Shown here: one piece after another, positions 13,148-24,777 of the stretch
How positions within the stretch are numbered: position 1 is the stretch's first letter
Layout of the letters: the number at the start of each line of letters is the position of its first letter
NCBI GenBank assembly: GCA_951406725.2
Contig: OX597839.1
Location: 16,492,001 to 16,556,000 of the forward strand
Length of the DNA: 64,000 bases
Origin: Octopus vulgaris
Taxonomy: Eukaryota
Direction of reading: 5' to 3'
Position numbers and translations under genes: made by a program
The notes under the pieces: generated by a model
Told to the model about the DNA's origin: nothing
Databases searched by the model: none
What the model saw: the letters and a program-made list of their open reading frames with translations, nothing else

Positions 13148-13400
13148 TGTGGAGGCACATGGCTTAGTGGTCAGGGTGTTGCACTGACAATCACAAGATA
13201 ATGGTTTCAATTTCTGGACAAGGCAATGCGTTGTGTTCTTGAGCGAAACCTTTCATTTCATGTTGCTCCAGTCCATTCAGCTGGTAAAAATTAGTAATCC
13301 AGCAACAGATCAGCATCCCGTTGAGGGTGGGGAATATATGTGCTGCAGAAAAAAAGAGTCTGGGAAACCAGCCTTATGAGCCTATGGCTTGGGAAGGACC
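13148..13400 (+). mobile_element. tRNA-derived SINE (family B/C related)
   Basis: GTGGAGGCACATGGCTTAGTGG head; CCAGTCCATTCAGCTGG core. Confidence 0.7.
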
Positions 13401-14168
13401 CCCATTGGTAACAGTAAATGTTGATATGAGAAGGGTCCTTAATAAGTCAGTAATAACCTAACCTGTTTACTATCAACCTCTGGAAGAATGAAAGGCAAAG
13501 TTGACCTCAATGGGACTCGAACTCAGGGAACACAAGGAAACAGAATAAATACCAAGAAGGTATTACATCCGATACTCTCACCACTCTGCCAATTTTGCAG
13601 GTTTAGTTATATATAGGTGGGGAAAGAAAAAATGTAGAACTTCATAGTAATAAGCTCCCAACTTCCTTTAAAACTGGGGTCTCAAATGGCCACAAGGTAC
13701 CAGCAACACTTCACCATCAACAAACTTCAGCTCTTTAAAACTGTTGACCTTAGAATCTAATGCAAGTGATTTTGTTTTTTCACTTGACCTTCTCTGTATA
13801 ACAGCCATGTTGTGCCTGAAGAGGGCAACTATATGGTACTTAAATACCAACTCCTTGTTGGACACTTGTTGTCGTCATCGTCATCATCATCATCATCATG
13901 GCCATGCACAACCAGAGCTGTGGTGACCATGTTCTTCTATTGGTCTTCATTTGATCTATTAGTGTCCTCATCATCATCATCAAAATACACAAGAGCTGTG
14001 GTAACCATATTCATTCATTGGTCTTCTATTAGCCTCTTGTTATTTTGTCATCATAAGTCTGATACTTATTTTGTTGTTATCCTATTGCTGAACTGCTAAG
14101 TTATTGGAATGTAAACAAACCAACAGTGATTGCAAAGTGGTGGTGGGGACAAACACAAGCACAAAAAT

Positions 14169-14244
<76 letters not shown>

Positions 14245-14274
14245 ATATGTATATTATGAGAGTGTGTGTGTGTG

Positions 14275-14513
14275 TTATTTAATAAACACAATATATGATT
14301 TTATCTGCTACTATTAGTTTCATGTGTTGAGAACATGCTAAACATTGTTTTATAACATGTCTGGTGTCCCAGTGCAATCATCAGACACTACCCATGTAGG
14401 CAGTGTCTGGTGATTGTGCTCTGGCACACCAGGCATGTTATAATGTTTGGCATGTTCTCAGCACATGAAACTAATAGTAGCCCATAAAAACATATATTGT
14501 GTTTATTAAATAA
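14275..14513. repeat. ~240 bp intronic palindrome (fold-back)
   Basis: TTATTTAATAAACACAATATATG...CTACTATTAGTTTCATGTG is mirrored by CACATGAAACTAATAGTAG...CATATATTGTGTTTATTAAATAA; centre at ~14396. Confidence 0.9.
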
Positions 14514-14553
14514 TATTTATCTCCCACCAGATGGTGTCCATCACAGAACAGTA

Positions 14554-14612
<59 letters not shown>

Positions 14613-14997
14613 ATGTTATCATGAAAACCATGAGTCTTGTGAAGTACAGCTACCCAGTGCTTCATGGCTGAAACAATTTACTTTGCCATTTTTCAAGTTG
14701 AGTACAAGACCATTTGTCTGTTGCTTTCATTTATGGGCTTGTTTCAGTTTCCATCTTCCAATGCACTTACAAGACTTTGGTTAGCCAGTGCTATAGTAGA
14801 AGACACTTGCCCAAGGTGCTGTGCAGTGGGACTGAACCCAAGATCACGTGGTGTTGAAGCAAGCTGCTTGCCACACAGCCACTCCCACACCTATTCTCTA
14901 ATACTCTAACAATTCTGCCAGTCAACTTTTCTATTGATGTTGTATACCTCTATTGTTGTATGCTGTATTCCTTTATTGGTCAGTTATTCTGTTGCAG

Positions 14998-15135
14998 GAA
15001 CTCCTGACCTCTGGCCAATGCTGTTTGCTTTTGTGGCATTCCCCACTTTGGTCACTTTAGTTCTGTTGCCATTCTGTCCCGAAAGTCCGCGCTATTTGGC
15101 CGTCAAGAAGCAGCAAATACCAGAAGCTGAAGCAG
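14998..15135 (+). CDS. SLC2A-like: SLC2A/GLUT exon D (138 nt)
   Basis: tgcag|GA...GCAG|gtata. Translates TPDLWPMLFAFVAFPTLVTLVLLPFCPESPRYLAVKKQQIPEAEA, containing the PESPRYL motif. Confidence 0.95.
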
Positions 15136-15174
15136 GTATAGTGATGTAGTCTACTTCTATTTCGTTGTAATCAT

Positions 15175-15962
15175 TTGTTCACCCAGCAACTCTATGCGTA
15201 ACACTGTATATGTGACCCTGTGTAGCCATTGGTTAACCCTGTGTCTATACACCAACACAGTGTAGCCACTGATTGACCCAGTGACTCTTGTCCCTTGTTG
15301 CCTAGTGATTCTATGATATACATAGTCCCTAGTTGACCCAGTGACTCTAGTAACACTATGTAGTTCCTAGTTGATCCAGTGACACTATATAGTCCCTAGT
15401 TAACCCAGTGATTCTATAAAACACTATGTAGCCCCAAGGTGACCCACTAAGACTATACATCCCCTAGTTGTCCCAGTGACTCTATAATGATATACATAGT
15501 CATCAGTTTCAAGTGACACTATGTAGTCCCTATTCTATAATGATAGTATATAAACCCTGGTTAACCCAGTGATTCTATTGTACACTATGTAGCCCCTAAG
15601 TTGACCCAATAACTATATAACCCTTTGTTGACTCAGTAAGTCTGTAGCGATATACATACTTCAGGTGCTACAGTGACACTATGTAGCCCCCAATGTTGAC
15701 CCAATAACACTATATAGCCCTTTGTTGACCCAGTAAGTCTAGAGTAACACAGTCATCAGGTGCTACAGTGACATCATGTAGCTCCAAAGTTGACCCAATA
15801 ACACTAAATAGCCCTTTGTTAAATCAATAAGATTTTCTATGTAGCCCCCAAAACACTACACAGTCCCTTGTTGACCCAGTAAAGCTAGAGCAACACTATA
15901 TAGCCTCTAGTTGACCCAGTGACATTATGCAGCCCTAAAGTTGACCCAGTGATTCTACAGTA
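15175..15962. repeat. Intronic minisatellite (GTTGACCCAGTGA..CTAT..GACACTATGTAGCCC), resuming at 16370-16515
   Basis: More than 15 recurrences of GTTGACCCA(G/A)T. Confidence 0.85.
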
Positions 15963-15968
15963 CATTCT

Positions 15969-16365
15969 TCATCATCATCGTTTAATGTCTGCTTTCCATG
16001 CTGGCATGGGTTGGACGGTTTGACTGTAAACTGATAAGCCAGGGAGCTGCACCAGGTTCCAATCTGATTTGGCAAGGTTTCTATGGCTGGATGCCCTTCC
16101 TAATGCCAACCACTCCAAAAGTGTGGTGGATGCTTTTTATGTGCCACCAGCACAAGTACCATTGATGTGACACTGACATCAGCCACAACTACAATCTCAC
16201 TTGCTTTGACAGGTCTACACAGCACGGTACATCACCAAATGCCTCAGTCACCTGTCACTGCTTCCATGAGATCCAATGCTCAAATGGTGCTTTTTACATA
16301 CCAGTCAGATGGCACTGGCCTCGGCCACGACTATGATTTCACTTAGCTTGACAGGTCTTCTCAAG
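15969..16365 (-). mobile_element. SINE-like element with (GAT)n tail inserted in the minisatellite
   Basis: CATCATCATCGTTTAA..CCATGCTGGCATGGGTT..GGCTGGATGCCCTTCCTAATGCCAAC; opposite-orientation copy at 48370-49185. Confidence 0.75.
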
Positions 16366-17802
16366 TAACCCCAAATTGACCCAGTGACTCGATAGTGGCA
16401 CTATGTTGTTATCAGTTGACTGTATGGCTATACAGGTACACTGTGTAGCCATCAGTTAACCTTGTGATTCTATTGGGATATTACAGTTATTGTTGACCCA
16501 ACGATTCTATAGTGATTGGGTTTATTTAAATGTGTAAATTATGAATGAGAGTTGGGGTGAAAACAGTGAGAGAGAGAGAAAGAATAATGCTACAGTTAAG
16601 AACTGTGTGTATAGCATATGTGTCTATATAGTGTGTGTATGTATGTTGATTGTATTGCGTATGTGTGATCATACTCATATGTGGTGTGTGTATATTGTTG
16701 TGGGTTCAGCTTAAGGACAGTTGGCTGCGACCTACTTTGGAATATATCCATTGTCCTGTCAGATTCAGGTGGATTGATTGGTTCTGGGTAGACCTGCGAC
16801 CCCTTTCAGGTGAACTAAAGTTCGTTCTAAACACCCCTTAAAGAAGGAAGTGACAGTGAAGAAGAGGGGGGAGGAAAGTAGTGAGGAAGACAGATTAAGG
16901 AATCTGAGAGCTGGTAGAGAGAGTATTAGCAGTGCTAAGACAGATTAGGGGTGGTGACAGAGCAAGAGATTGAGAGGCAGTCGGTTTTTGGAAGTCAAGG
17001 CAAGTGGTTGGATGTGACAGTCGGTTTTTGGAAGTCAAGGCGAGCGGTTGGAATTAAGCAGTCAGCGGTTTTGGAGTATTGGGACAGAGAGAGATATATG
17101 CAGAGGAATAGGCGGCTGATAGAGAGGAAGTACAATATGAGGCGTTGGCTAATGTAAGGTAACGTGAATTGTTGTATTGATATGAGAAGAAAAAGAAGGA
17201 AAGAGTTGTGGTATTTATGTAAAAGAAATGTATAAAGACATTAATGTATAAAGACATTAAGAACAGTGCTAGAGAAATGAGAGTGAAAAGAATCGATGTA
17301 TTGAAATGTGTAAGGACATTGTGTACAGTGTTGTGATTTGAACATTGTATAATGAACATTGAACTGTATATGCCTTTAATGTGTTTTGAAACAGAACTGT
17401 GTCTCCGGACGTGTACTCTTGAAATGCTGTTGTTATTGAACTTGATGTGTTGTTACCGGACGGTTATATTGTATCTGCATGTTTAAATGCTTTGATCTGT
17501 GGTATACCTGTATGATGTATTGAGTTGTTACGTGCATGTCCTCTTTTAAATGTATCTGATATGTATTTGATGTTGTAACAATTGATTGTCATAAACTAGT
17601 GTTAAATGTAAGCCAATTGCCTTGCCTCTTTGTGTCTCTCTCGATTGCCTCTGTGCTGCTGCTGCTGTTGTTGTTGCCTCTCTCTCTCTCCTCTCCGACG
17701 AGTTTCCGTGGCGAAAATATTCGCTGCATTGAACGGGCCTGTGTGAGGGATTCCGTAACAGTTTTCGGAGGTCCCCTCGTAACAATATATATATATATAT
17801 AT

Positions 17803-18092
17803 GTGGAGGCACAATAGCCCAGTAGTTAGGGCAGCGGACTCACGGTTTTGATTCCCAGACCAGGTGTTGTATGTGTTTATTGAGCGAAAACACATAAAAG
17901 CTCCACAAGGCTCTGGCAGGGGGTGGTGGCGACCCCTGTTGTACTCTTTCGCCCCGACTTTCTCTCACTCTCTCTTCCTGTTTCTTGAGTAACGCTGCGA
18001 TGGACTGGCGTCCCGTCCAGGTGGGGGGGCGAGACATATGCCACAGAAACCGGGCCCATGAGCCTGGCTAGGCTTGAAAAGGGCGACGTTAC
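17803..18092 (+). mobile_element. SINE family B (tRNA-derived)
   Basis: GTGGAGGCACAATAGCCCAGTAGTTAGGGCAGCGGACTC...GGCTTGAAAAGGGCGACGT; multiple copies in the window. Confidence 0.85.
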
Positions 18093-18392
18093 GTTATATA
18101 TATATAGTGTGCACGTGTGTATCAGTGCATGCATTTGTATGGTTGTGTGTGTTAGAGTAACGTAGTGTTTGTATGTATGTAGTGTATTATTTTTGCATAA
18201 CCGTGTGTGTGTGTGTGTACTATAGAAACTGAGTTTCATTCCTTAACAAGTCACATCCCACACTTCTCTACCTCGTTTCTTCCCTGCCTTCCTCTTGCCA
18301 ATATTTCACAGACATTCCTATCCCTTCCTCATCTTCACCCTTTATTTAGTTCTTTTTTTTTTTTTTAAACATGATTCTTCTCTTCTTTACAG

Positions 18393-18577
18393 CTCTTCGT
18401 AAACTGCGAGGTGTTTCCGATGTTAGCGACGAGGTCGAGGAAATGAGACTGGAAGCTAGCAAATCGGTTGAGAAACCTTTTAAGGTCAAAGAACTCTTGG
18501 TTTCGCCAGTCCACCGAATCCCCATTTTGGTTGCTTGTTTGATGATGGTTTTTCAACAATGGTCTGGGATTAATGCA
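18393..18577 (+). CDS. SLC2A-like: SLC2A/GLUT exon E (185 nt)
   Basis: tacag|CT...GCA|gtaag. Translates LRKLRGVSDVSDEVEEMRLEASKSVEKPFKVKELLVSPVHRIPILVACLMMVFQQWSGINA (intracellular helices, TM7 QQxSGINA). Confidence 0.95.
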
Positions 18578-18919
18578 GTAAGTACTCCTTACAGTACTCC
18601 CTGTCTGATTGATTAATGCAGTAAGCCTTCCTCTAGTCCTGTTGTACTCCTTGTTTAATGATGGTCTTTGATGATGAGCTTTCAACATTGGTCTAGAATC
18701 AGTGTAAACATACCCCTGTGATACTCTTTGTTTAATTCCTGGCGCAATTTTGCCTTCAGAGTATCGAATGAAACTTAAAACTTTGGTTGCCTTAATTTGG
18801 GGTCACCCTGTATATACATGTATGTATATGTGTGTGTGTGGTTTGGTCCAGTCCGGTCAGGTCTTTGAGTTGTGTCTTGTCGCCTTATGTCTGGACTGGT
18901 CTTTGTGTTGTGCATTGTT

Positions 18920-19145
18920 TTGTGTTGTATTTTGTTGTATTGTACTGTGTCGTATTGTATTGTATCATATTGTATTGTGTCATATAAAAATGTGTCATAT
19001 TGTGTTGTATTGTTATATTGTAATTTATTGTCATATTGCGTCATATAGTATTGTTTCATATTGTATTGTGTTGTACCATATTGTATTGTATTATGTCATA
19101 TTGTATTGTATTTTATTATTGTGTCATATTGTATCGCATTGTATT
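18920..19145. repeat. (TATTG)n degenerate pentanucleotide repeat
   Basis: Direct reading. Confidence 0.85.
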
Positions 19146-20263
19146 CATGTAAGGTTTGTGGTTGTGCTGGAGACTGATCAGGCTAAGCCATGCCCAGAAG
19201 GTCTTTTGGCAGAGTGGACAGGGATTAGTGGTGATAATTGGATTTGATGTTGGCTGGTCTGGCCTTGGTGTTCAACAAGCTACCTTCTACAGGGTCATTT
19301 GACCTGCTAGAAGTGCCAGCCAAATTTCCCTGAAATTACACTATACTATGCTAAATTAAGTCAGGGCACACTGTCAATTTAAAGTTATATATAAACAAAA
19401 ACACAAAATAATATACATTTTAGATGTAGGTATGATTATATGGTTAAGAGGTTCAGTTCAAAACCATTTGCCCAAGGTGCTGTTCACTGGATTTGAACAC
19501 AAATCAGTGATAGCAAAGTGAACTTATGGACCATACAGCCATGCTTGTGCCTCTTTTCATCATCAATTGGTTGGTCAGTCCATCCGAGTGTCCTGACCTA
19601 ATTTAACACGGTATAGTGTGATTTCAGGGAAATTTGGCTACTACTTCTAGCAGATCAAATAGCTATTTCAACACCAAGACCAGACCAGACCAATCAACAT
19701 CAAATCCAATTATCACCACCAATCCATGCCCAGGCCAGAGCAGTTACCAATACACCCACAAACCCCAACCCGAGGATGGCTAGATGGCCCTTGTTACTCC
19801 GATGGACAAACATTCATATAGGAGGAAAATATCATTCTGCAGCAATACAACAGACTGACCAGAAAATATCCCTGCCAGAAAACATTTCTCTCCTCACCCT
19901 CTTCCTTACAATTTTTGATTCATTCCTTCCATGTGGGTTGTGCGTTACTTACGGAAGGCATGATAGAGTGAGAAAGGAAGGGCTGGCAGTATTTTTGGTT
20001 ACATATATAGATGTACTTGCTTCAGCTCTCCATTATAACAATGATATTAACCACTGAATTAATGTTAACTTTTCATCATTATTTAGATATTTTTGCTGTT
20101 GATAACAATAACATTTATCGAATCTTTCTTTCTCCATTCTTTCCACAACTGCTTACACCCAACTGATATTGATGATGATGATGATTGATGACAATGATAA
20201 CAGTGATTATTATCATTATCATTATTATAATTATTACTGAATCTTCTTTCATTCTTTCCACAG

Positions 20264-20374
20264 GTATTTGCATACTCCCAATTTATCTTTACCCAAGCTC
20301 AGTTGGATCAGAAAGCCATTCCTTATGCTATTGTTGGGACTGGAGTGACAAATGTCTTTGCTACCATCATTGTG
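20264..20374 (+). CDS. SLC2A-like: SLC2A/GLUT exon F (111 nt)
   Basis: cacag|GTA...GTG|gtaag. Translates VFAYSQFIFTQAQLDQKAIPYAIVGTGVTNVFATIIV (TM7b-TM8). Confidence 0.95.
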
Positions 20375-20819
20375 GTAAGTAAATTCTAGCCAAACACTGC
20401 CATCAACACTACTACCACCAGTTCCGGTACACAAGCACCACTGCCACATAACTATTTATTATCTAAGTCCCACTCTCATCAGTCAATCACAAATGAAATA
20501 TTTCATTTATAGACAACTGATGAAGGTGCTGCATATGTAACTAATTGTTATGTAAGCTCTTGAAACACATGTATTAAATGCATTTGAAGGAATAATTAAT
20601 TTGTGATAATTTCTAATGGTATTCATATGTGTACAAATGTATTTATATGTATATATACACACACACAAACACACACATGTATTTGTGACTTAGGCTGAAA
20701 TTACACATTTGAATATACACAGCATATATTTGCTACACACCATTACACATGTACACACTCACACATGCACTTGCTCATTTAATAAAATAGAATCTCTTTT
20801 GGTTTCTCTCCCTTTTTAG

Positions 20820-20939
20820 ATACCATTGATGGAGAAACTCGGCCGACGTCCCCTGTTGCTTTCTCCAACTGCTATAATGGCCCTAGCTATGCTTATACTT
20901 TCAATATTTCTGAATATACAAGAAGGTTACGAAGATGAA
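20820..20939 (+). CDS. SLC2A-like: SLC2A/GLUT exon G (120 nt)
   Basis: tttag|ATA...GAA|gtaag. Translates IPLMEKLGRRPLLLSPTAIMALAMLILSIFLNIQEGYEDE (second GRR motif, TM9). Confidence 0.93.
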
Positions 20940-21096
20940 GTAAGTTTTCTTTTCTTCTTGGACTAACACAGATTTTCTAGTGATTTCCATTTTCTTACAG
21001 CAACTGTTCAAAAGATTCTAGACATGTATTGTGCTGGTACACTGATTGTCAGATAAATAAACATACATTGTTCTGGAACAGAAATTGTCAGATATA

Positions 21097-21231
21097 TTGG
21101 GTTGTCCGGAAAGTTTGTGCCGATTTATAGTAGCTTACTTTTCGACTTATTTTAGAACATGGTTGAGTCCATAAAACAGGATTTGACTACACCTCCATTT
21201 AGAGCACAGCTTAAACTATCTTTTTGTGAAG
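21097..21231 (+). mobile_element. Mariner-type terminal fragment (duplicated at ~22181-22315)
   Basis: TA|TTGGGTTGTCCGGAAAGTTTGTGCCGATTT resembles a mariner TIR. Confidence 0.55.
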
Positions 21232-21754
21232 TACTAAAGAATGACCTCAGAACACTGAACCTTTGAGGCGAGATGACAAAGGACTAAGATGCCTGACACC
21301 TTGCTGTACTCAAGAAGACCCATACTCTGCAGCAGAAGCATTAAGACCAGTCCTTCTGGTGGTGTAAAGCACTCGTGGTGGTGCCATGTAAAAGTGCCTG
21401 GGTAGTGCCACTTAAAAACACCCGTATCTATGTCTATGTATGTGTGTCAATGTTTGTCCCCCACCACTACTTGACAACCTGTGTTAGTGTGTTTACATCC
21501 CCGTAACTTACCAGTTTGGCAGAGACCAATAGAATAAGTACCAAGCTTGAAAAGTAAATGCATTCTGTGATCAATTCATTCAACTAAAAATTCAAGGCAT
21601 GGCCCCAGTATGAGGACTGAAACAAGTAAAAGACATAAGAGAGACGTTCTAATGTTTGAGTTATATACTATTTTATATTATATGTGTTCTTATGTACTAA
21701 ATACTATGCATACTGCCTCTGTGTACTACCCATCTGTTCTGCCTTTTATTTCAG

Positions 21755-21830
21755 AAAGCTCCAAGCTGGATGGGTTACGTCAGTATCATCATTATGTTAG
21801 TCTATATCATTGGCTTTGCTGTTGGCCTGG
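21755..21830 (+). CDS. SLC2A-like: SLC2A/GLUT exon H, copy 1 (76 nt)
   Basis: ttcag|AAA...CTGG|gtaag. Translates KAPSWMGYVSIIIMLVYIIGFAVGLG (TM10). Confidence 0.85.
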
Positions 21831-22838
21831 GTAAGTATTTGTTGATCTAGCAAAAATACATACTGACACATTCAGCCTGTGCAAAATTTTAGGTCCAATA
21901 ACAAAACAAAATAGACTTGACATGATTCAGAGACAAGCCAAAGCAAGATGTCTCATACCAATATGGTTTTCAGGCTAAGAGTAATGCCATGCCCCAAGTA
22001 GCTATGCTTATACTTTCAATATTTCCCAAGAAGTTACGAAGATGAAGTCTTCTTGGACTAACACAGATTTTCTAGTGATTTCCATTTCTTACAGCAACTG
22101 TTTTTCCATGTATTGTGCTGGTACACTGATTGTCAGATAAATAAACATACATTGTTCTGGAACAGAAATTGTCAGATATATTGGGTTGTCCGGAAAGTTT
22201 GTGCCGATTTATAGTAGCTTACTTTTCGACTTATTTTAGAACATGGTTGAGTCCATAAAACAGGATTTGACTACACCTCCATTTAGAGCACAGCTTAAAC
22301 TATCTTTTTGTGAAGTACTAAAGAATGACCTCAGAACACTGAACCTTTGAGGCGAGATGACAAAGGACTAAGATGCCTGACACCTTGCTGTACTCAAGAA
22401 GACCCATACTCTGCAGCAGAAGCATTAAGACCAGTCCTTCTGGTGGTGTAAAGCACTCGTGGTGGTGCCATGTAAAAGTGCCTGGGTAGTGCCACTTAAA
22501 AACACCCGTATCTATGTCTATGTATGTGTGTCAATGTTTGTCCCCCACCACTACTTGACAACCTGTGTTAGTGTGTTTACATCCCCGTAACTTACCAGTT
22601 TGGCAGAGACCAATAGAATAAGTACCAAGCTTGAAAAGTAAATGCATTCTGTGATCAATTCATTCAACTAAAAATTCAAGGCATGGCCCCAGTATGAGGA
22701 CTGAAACAAGTAAAAGACATAAGAGAGACGTTCTAATGTTTGAGTTATATACTATTTTATATTATATGTGTTCTTATGTACTAAATACTATGCATACTGC
22801 CTCTGTGTACTACCCATCTGTTCTGCCTTTTATTTCAG

Positions 22839-22914
22839 AAAGCTCCAAGCTGGATGGGTTACGTCAGTATCATCATTATGTTAGTCTATATCATTGGCTT
22901 TGCTGTTGGCCTGG
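22839..22914 (+). CDS. SLC2A-like: SLC2A/GLUT exon H, identical copy 2 (76 nt); only one copy can be used in frame
   Basis: Same sequence and splice sites as 21755-21830, offset by 1084 nt. Confidence 0.6.
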
Positions 22915-23221
22915 GTAAGTATTTGTTGATCTAGCAAAAATACATACACACATTCAGCCTGTGCAAAATTTTAGGTCCAATAACAAAACAAAATAGACTC
23001 TCTCCACCCTACTGACATGATTCAGAGACAAGCCAAAGCAAGATGTCTCATACCAATATGGTTTTCAGGCTCAAGAGTGTGAGAATGCCATGACCCCAAG
23101 TGCAAGCAAAAGATCCCCAAAATGTCCAGTGTCATTCCTTGCTTACCTAGTTTTATATCAGAGTGACCTTTTTCCATGATACATGCTTTAACAAAAGCCA
23201 AGAGCTGCCTCACTTTTGTTT

Positions 23222-23498
23222 GTTACTTCTCGAGCCATCCCTGGCTCATAAGGGCCGGTTTCCTTGGCGTATAGGTTCCCCACCTGGACGGGACGCCGGT
23301 CTGTCGCAGGTGAGCTGCTTGCTGCAGGAGGAAAGAGTGAGAGAAAGTTGTGGCAAAAGAGTCAGCAGGGGTTCGCCATTACCTTCTACCGGAGCGGTGT
23401 GGAGCTTAAGTGTTTCACATATCGCCGGTCTGAGATTTGAACCTGCGGTCCCTTGACTGCAAGTCTGCTGCTCTAACCACTAAACCATGTGCCTCCAC
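23222..23498 (-). mobile_element. SINE family B
   Basis: Ends CTCTAACCACTAAACCATGTGCCTCCAC; similar to the reverse complement of 62402-62658. Confidence 0.85.
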
Positions 23499-24563
23499 CA
23501 GCCGCCTCACTCCCAGTGGTCCACCAGCATGCTAGACACCAACTGGGGGCTTCTGAATGGCCATGCTGTTGATAGATAGCACTGTGTAACATAATTTTTT
23601 CCCATTTAATTACCCTTAGAAATAATGGAAATGCGCCGTTTCTGTCGAACTTTGTCTTTGTTACATTTATTCAAACCCCAAAGAATTTCTTTCAACACAT
23701 GGCCATGGTGCTCTCCCACTACTCCTGCTCATGATCAGAGGTGCACACATTGTCAGCCACTAAGGGACATGCTCATATGGTTGAAGTCAAGCAATTGACA
23801 AGCATATCTGTGGTATTGAGCAGAATATTAGCTATAGTGATACTTTTGCTTCAGTAACTCAGCACTGAATCTGTCAGAAATGGTCAGTTTCAAAACATTG
23901 ATGTCCAGGTGACAAAAGCAACGTTTGAAGGGAATAGTAGTCATTTCCTTTGATAGAAGCAAGTAGGAAATAACACTTACTGACCAAAGACAAAGAAAAA
24001 AAAAAAAAATTTTGTTACACAGTGAAGTCATTGAACTTACACTAGGTTCATCTGTCCTTTTAAGATGTCATGCTTTTAGTCCTGCTGGACTTCTAGCAAT
24101 GCTACACACTAGGCAGGCCTGGTGGGGGTGCTGGTTTGGTCACTGTGGATTCCACATTACTAGTAGCACTCTTAGAGACCTCACAAATGACATATATACA
24201 TTCATGCACACACACACACATATATATGTATGTATACATGCTCATCTGATGGCCACCACTACGTAATGATCCATATCATCATCATGAATCAATGAATAGC
24301 AATCTCTGTAGTTGCTCAGTCTGCTAGGAATAGCAGTCAAATTTCTCTGAAACTACAACATAATTAATAAAAAAAATAGAATAACAATGTATAATATATT
24401 CCAGTGTCCATTACTCCTGTAAAGAAAATGACTGGATGGTCATGGTTTGAATAACTTTGGTCATCAATCTGGTCAGTCAGGGTTGGGCTGATGCTGGCAC
24501 TTCATGACCACTACCACCACCACCACAGCATAATGCTCATCATGTTTATTTTATATCTTTCAG

Positions 24564-24691
24564 GTCCTATTCCGTTCAATATTGTGTCTGAGTTGTTCAC
24601 ACAAGGACCTCGTGCTGCTGCAATGTCCATGTCATTGGTGTTTAACTGGGTTACAAACTTCATCCTCCTGCTGACTTTTCCCTTCTTACAG
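24564..24691 (+). CDS. SLC2A-like: SLC2A/GLUT exon I (128 nt)
   Basis: ttcag|GT...CAG|gtaat. Translates [42 protein letters not shown] (ELFxQGPR motif, TM11 NW). Confidence 0.95.
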
Positions 24692-24777
24692 GTAATTCAT
24701 CCTTTATAACTTCATCAAGTAGACCATACTCATTTTGTCTAACAGGCGTTGCTCCTTTCATCTAATATTCCTTCCTT

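Larger units (their letters stand above)
20885..23100 (+). repeat. ~1.08-1.1 kb tandem duplication containing exon H
   Basis: ~20885-21998 is repeated at ~21999-23100. Cores read identical; small deletions cluster near the junction. Confidence 0.95.

Noticed and set aside
15175-16515. Regularly recurring GTTGACCCAGT motif resembling a CRISPR array
   Set aside because: Eukaryotic intron, the spacers are related to each other, and there are no cas genes; it is a minisatellite.
18750-19247. 165-aa Cys/Ile/Val-rich ORF
   Set aside because: Translation of the (TATTG)n repeat.
21610-22918. Two identical 74-aa ORFs
   Set aside because: Wrong-frame read-through across SINE tail, intron and exon H within the duplication.
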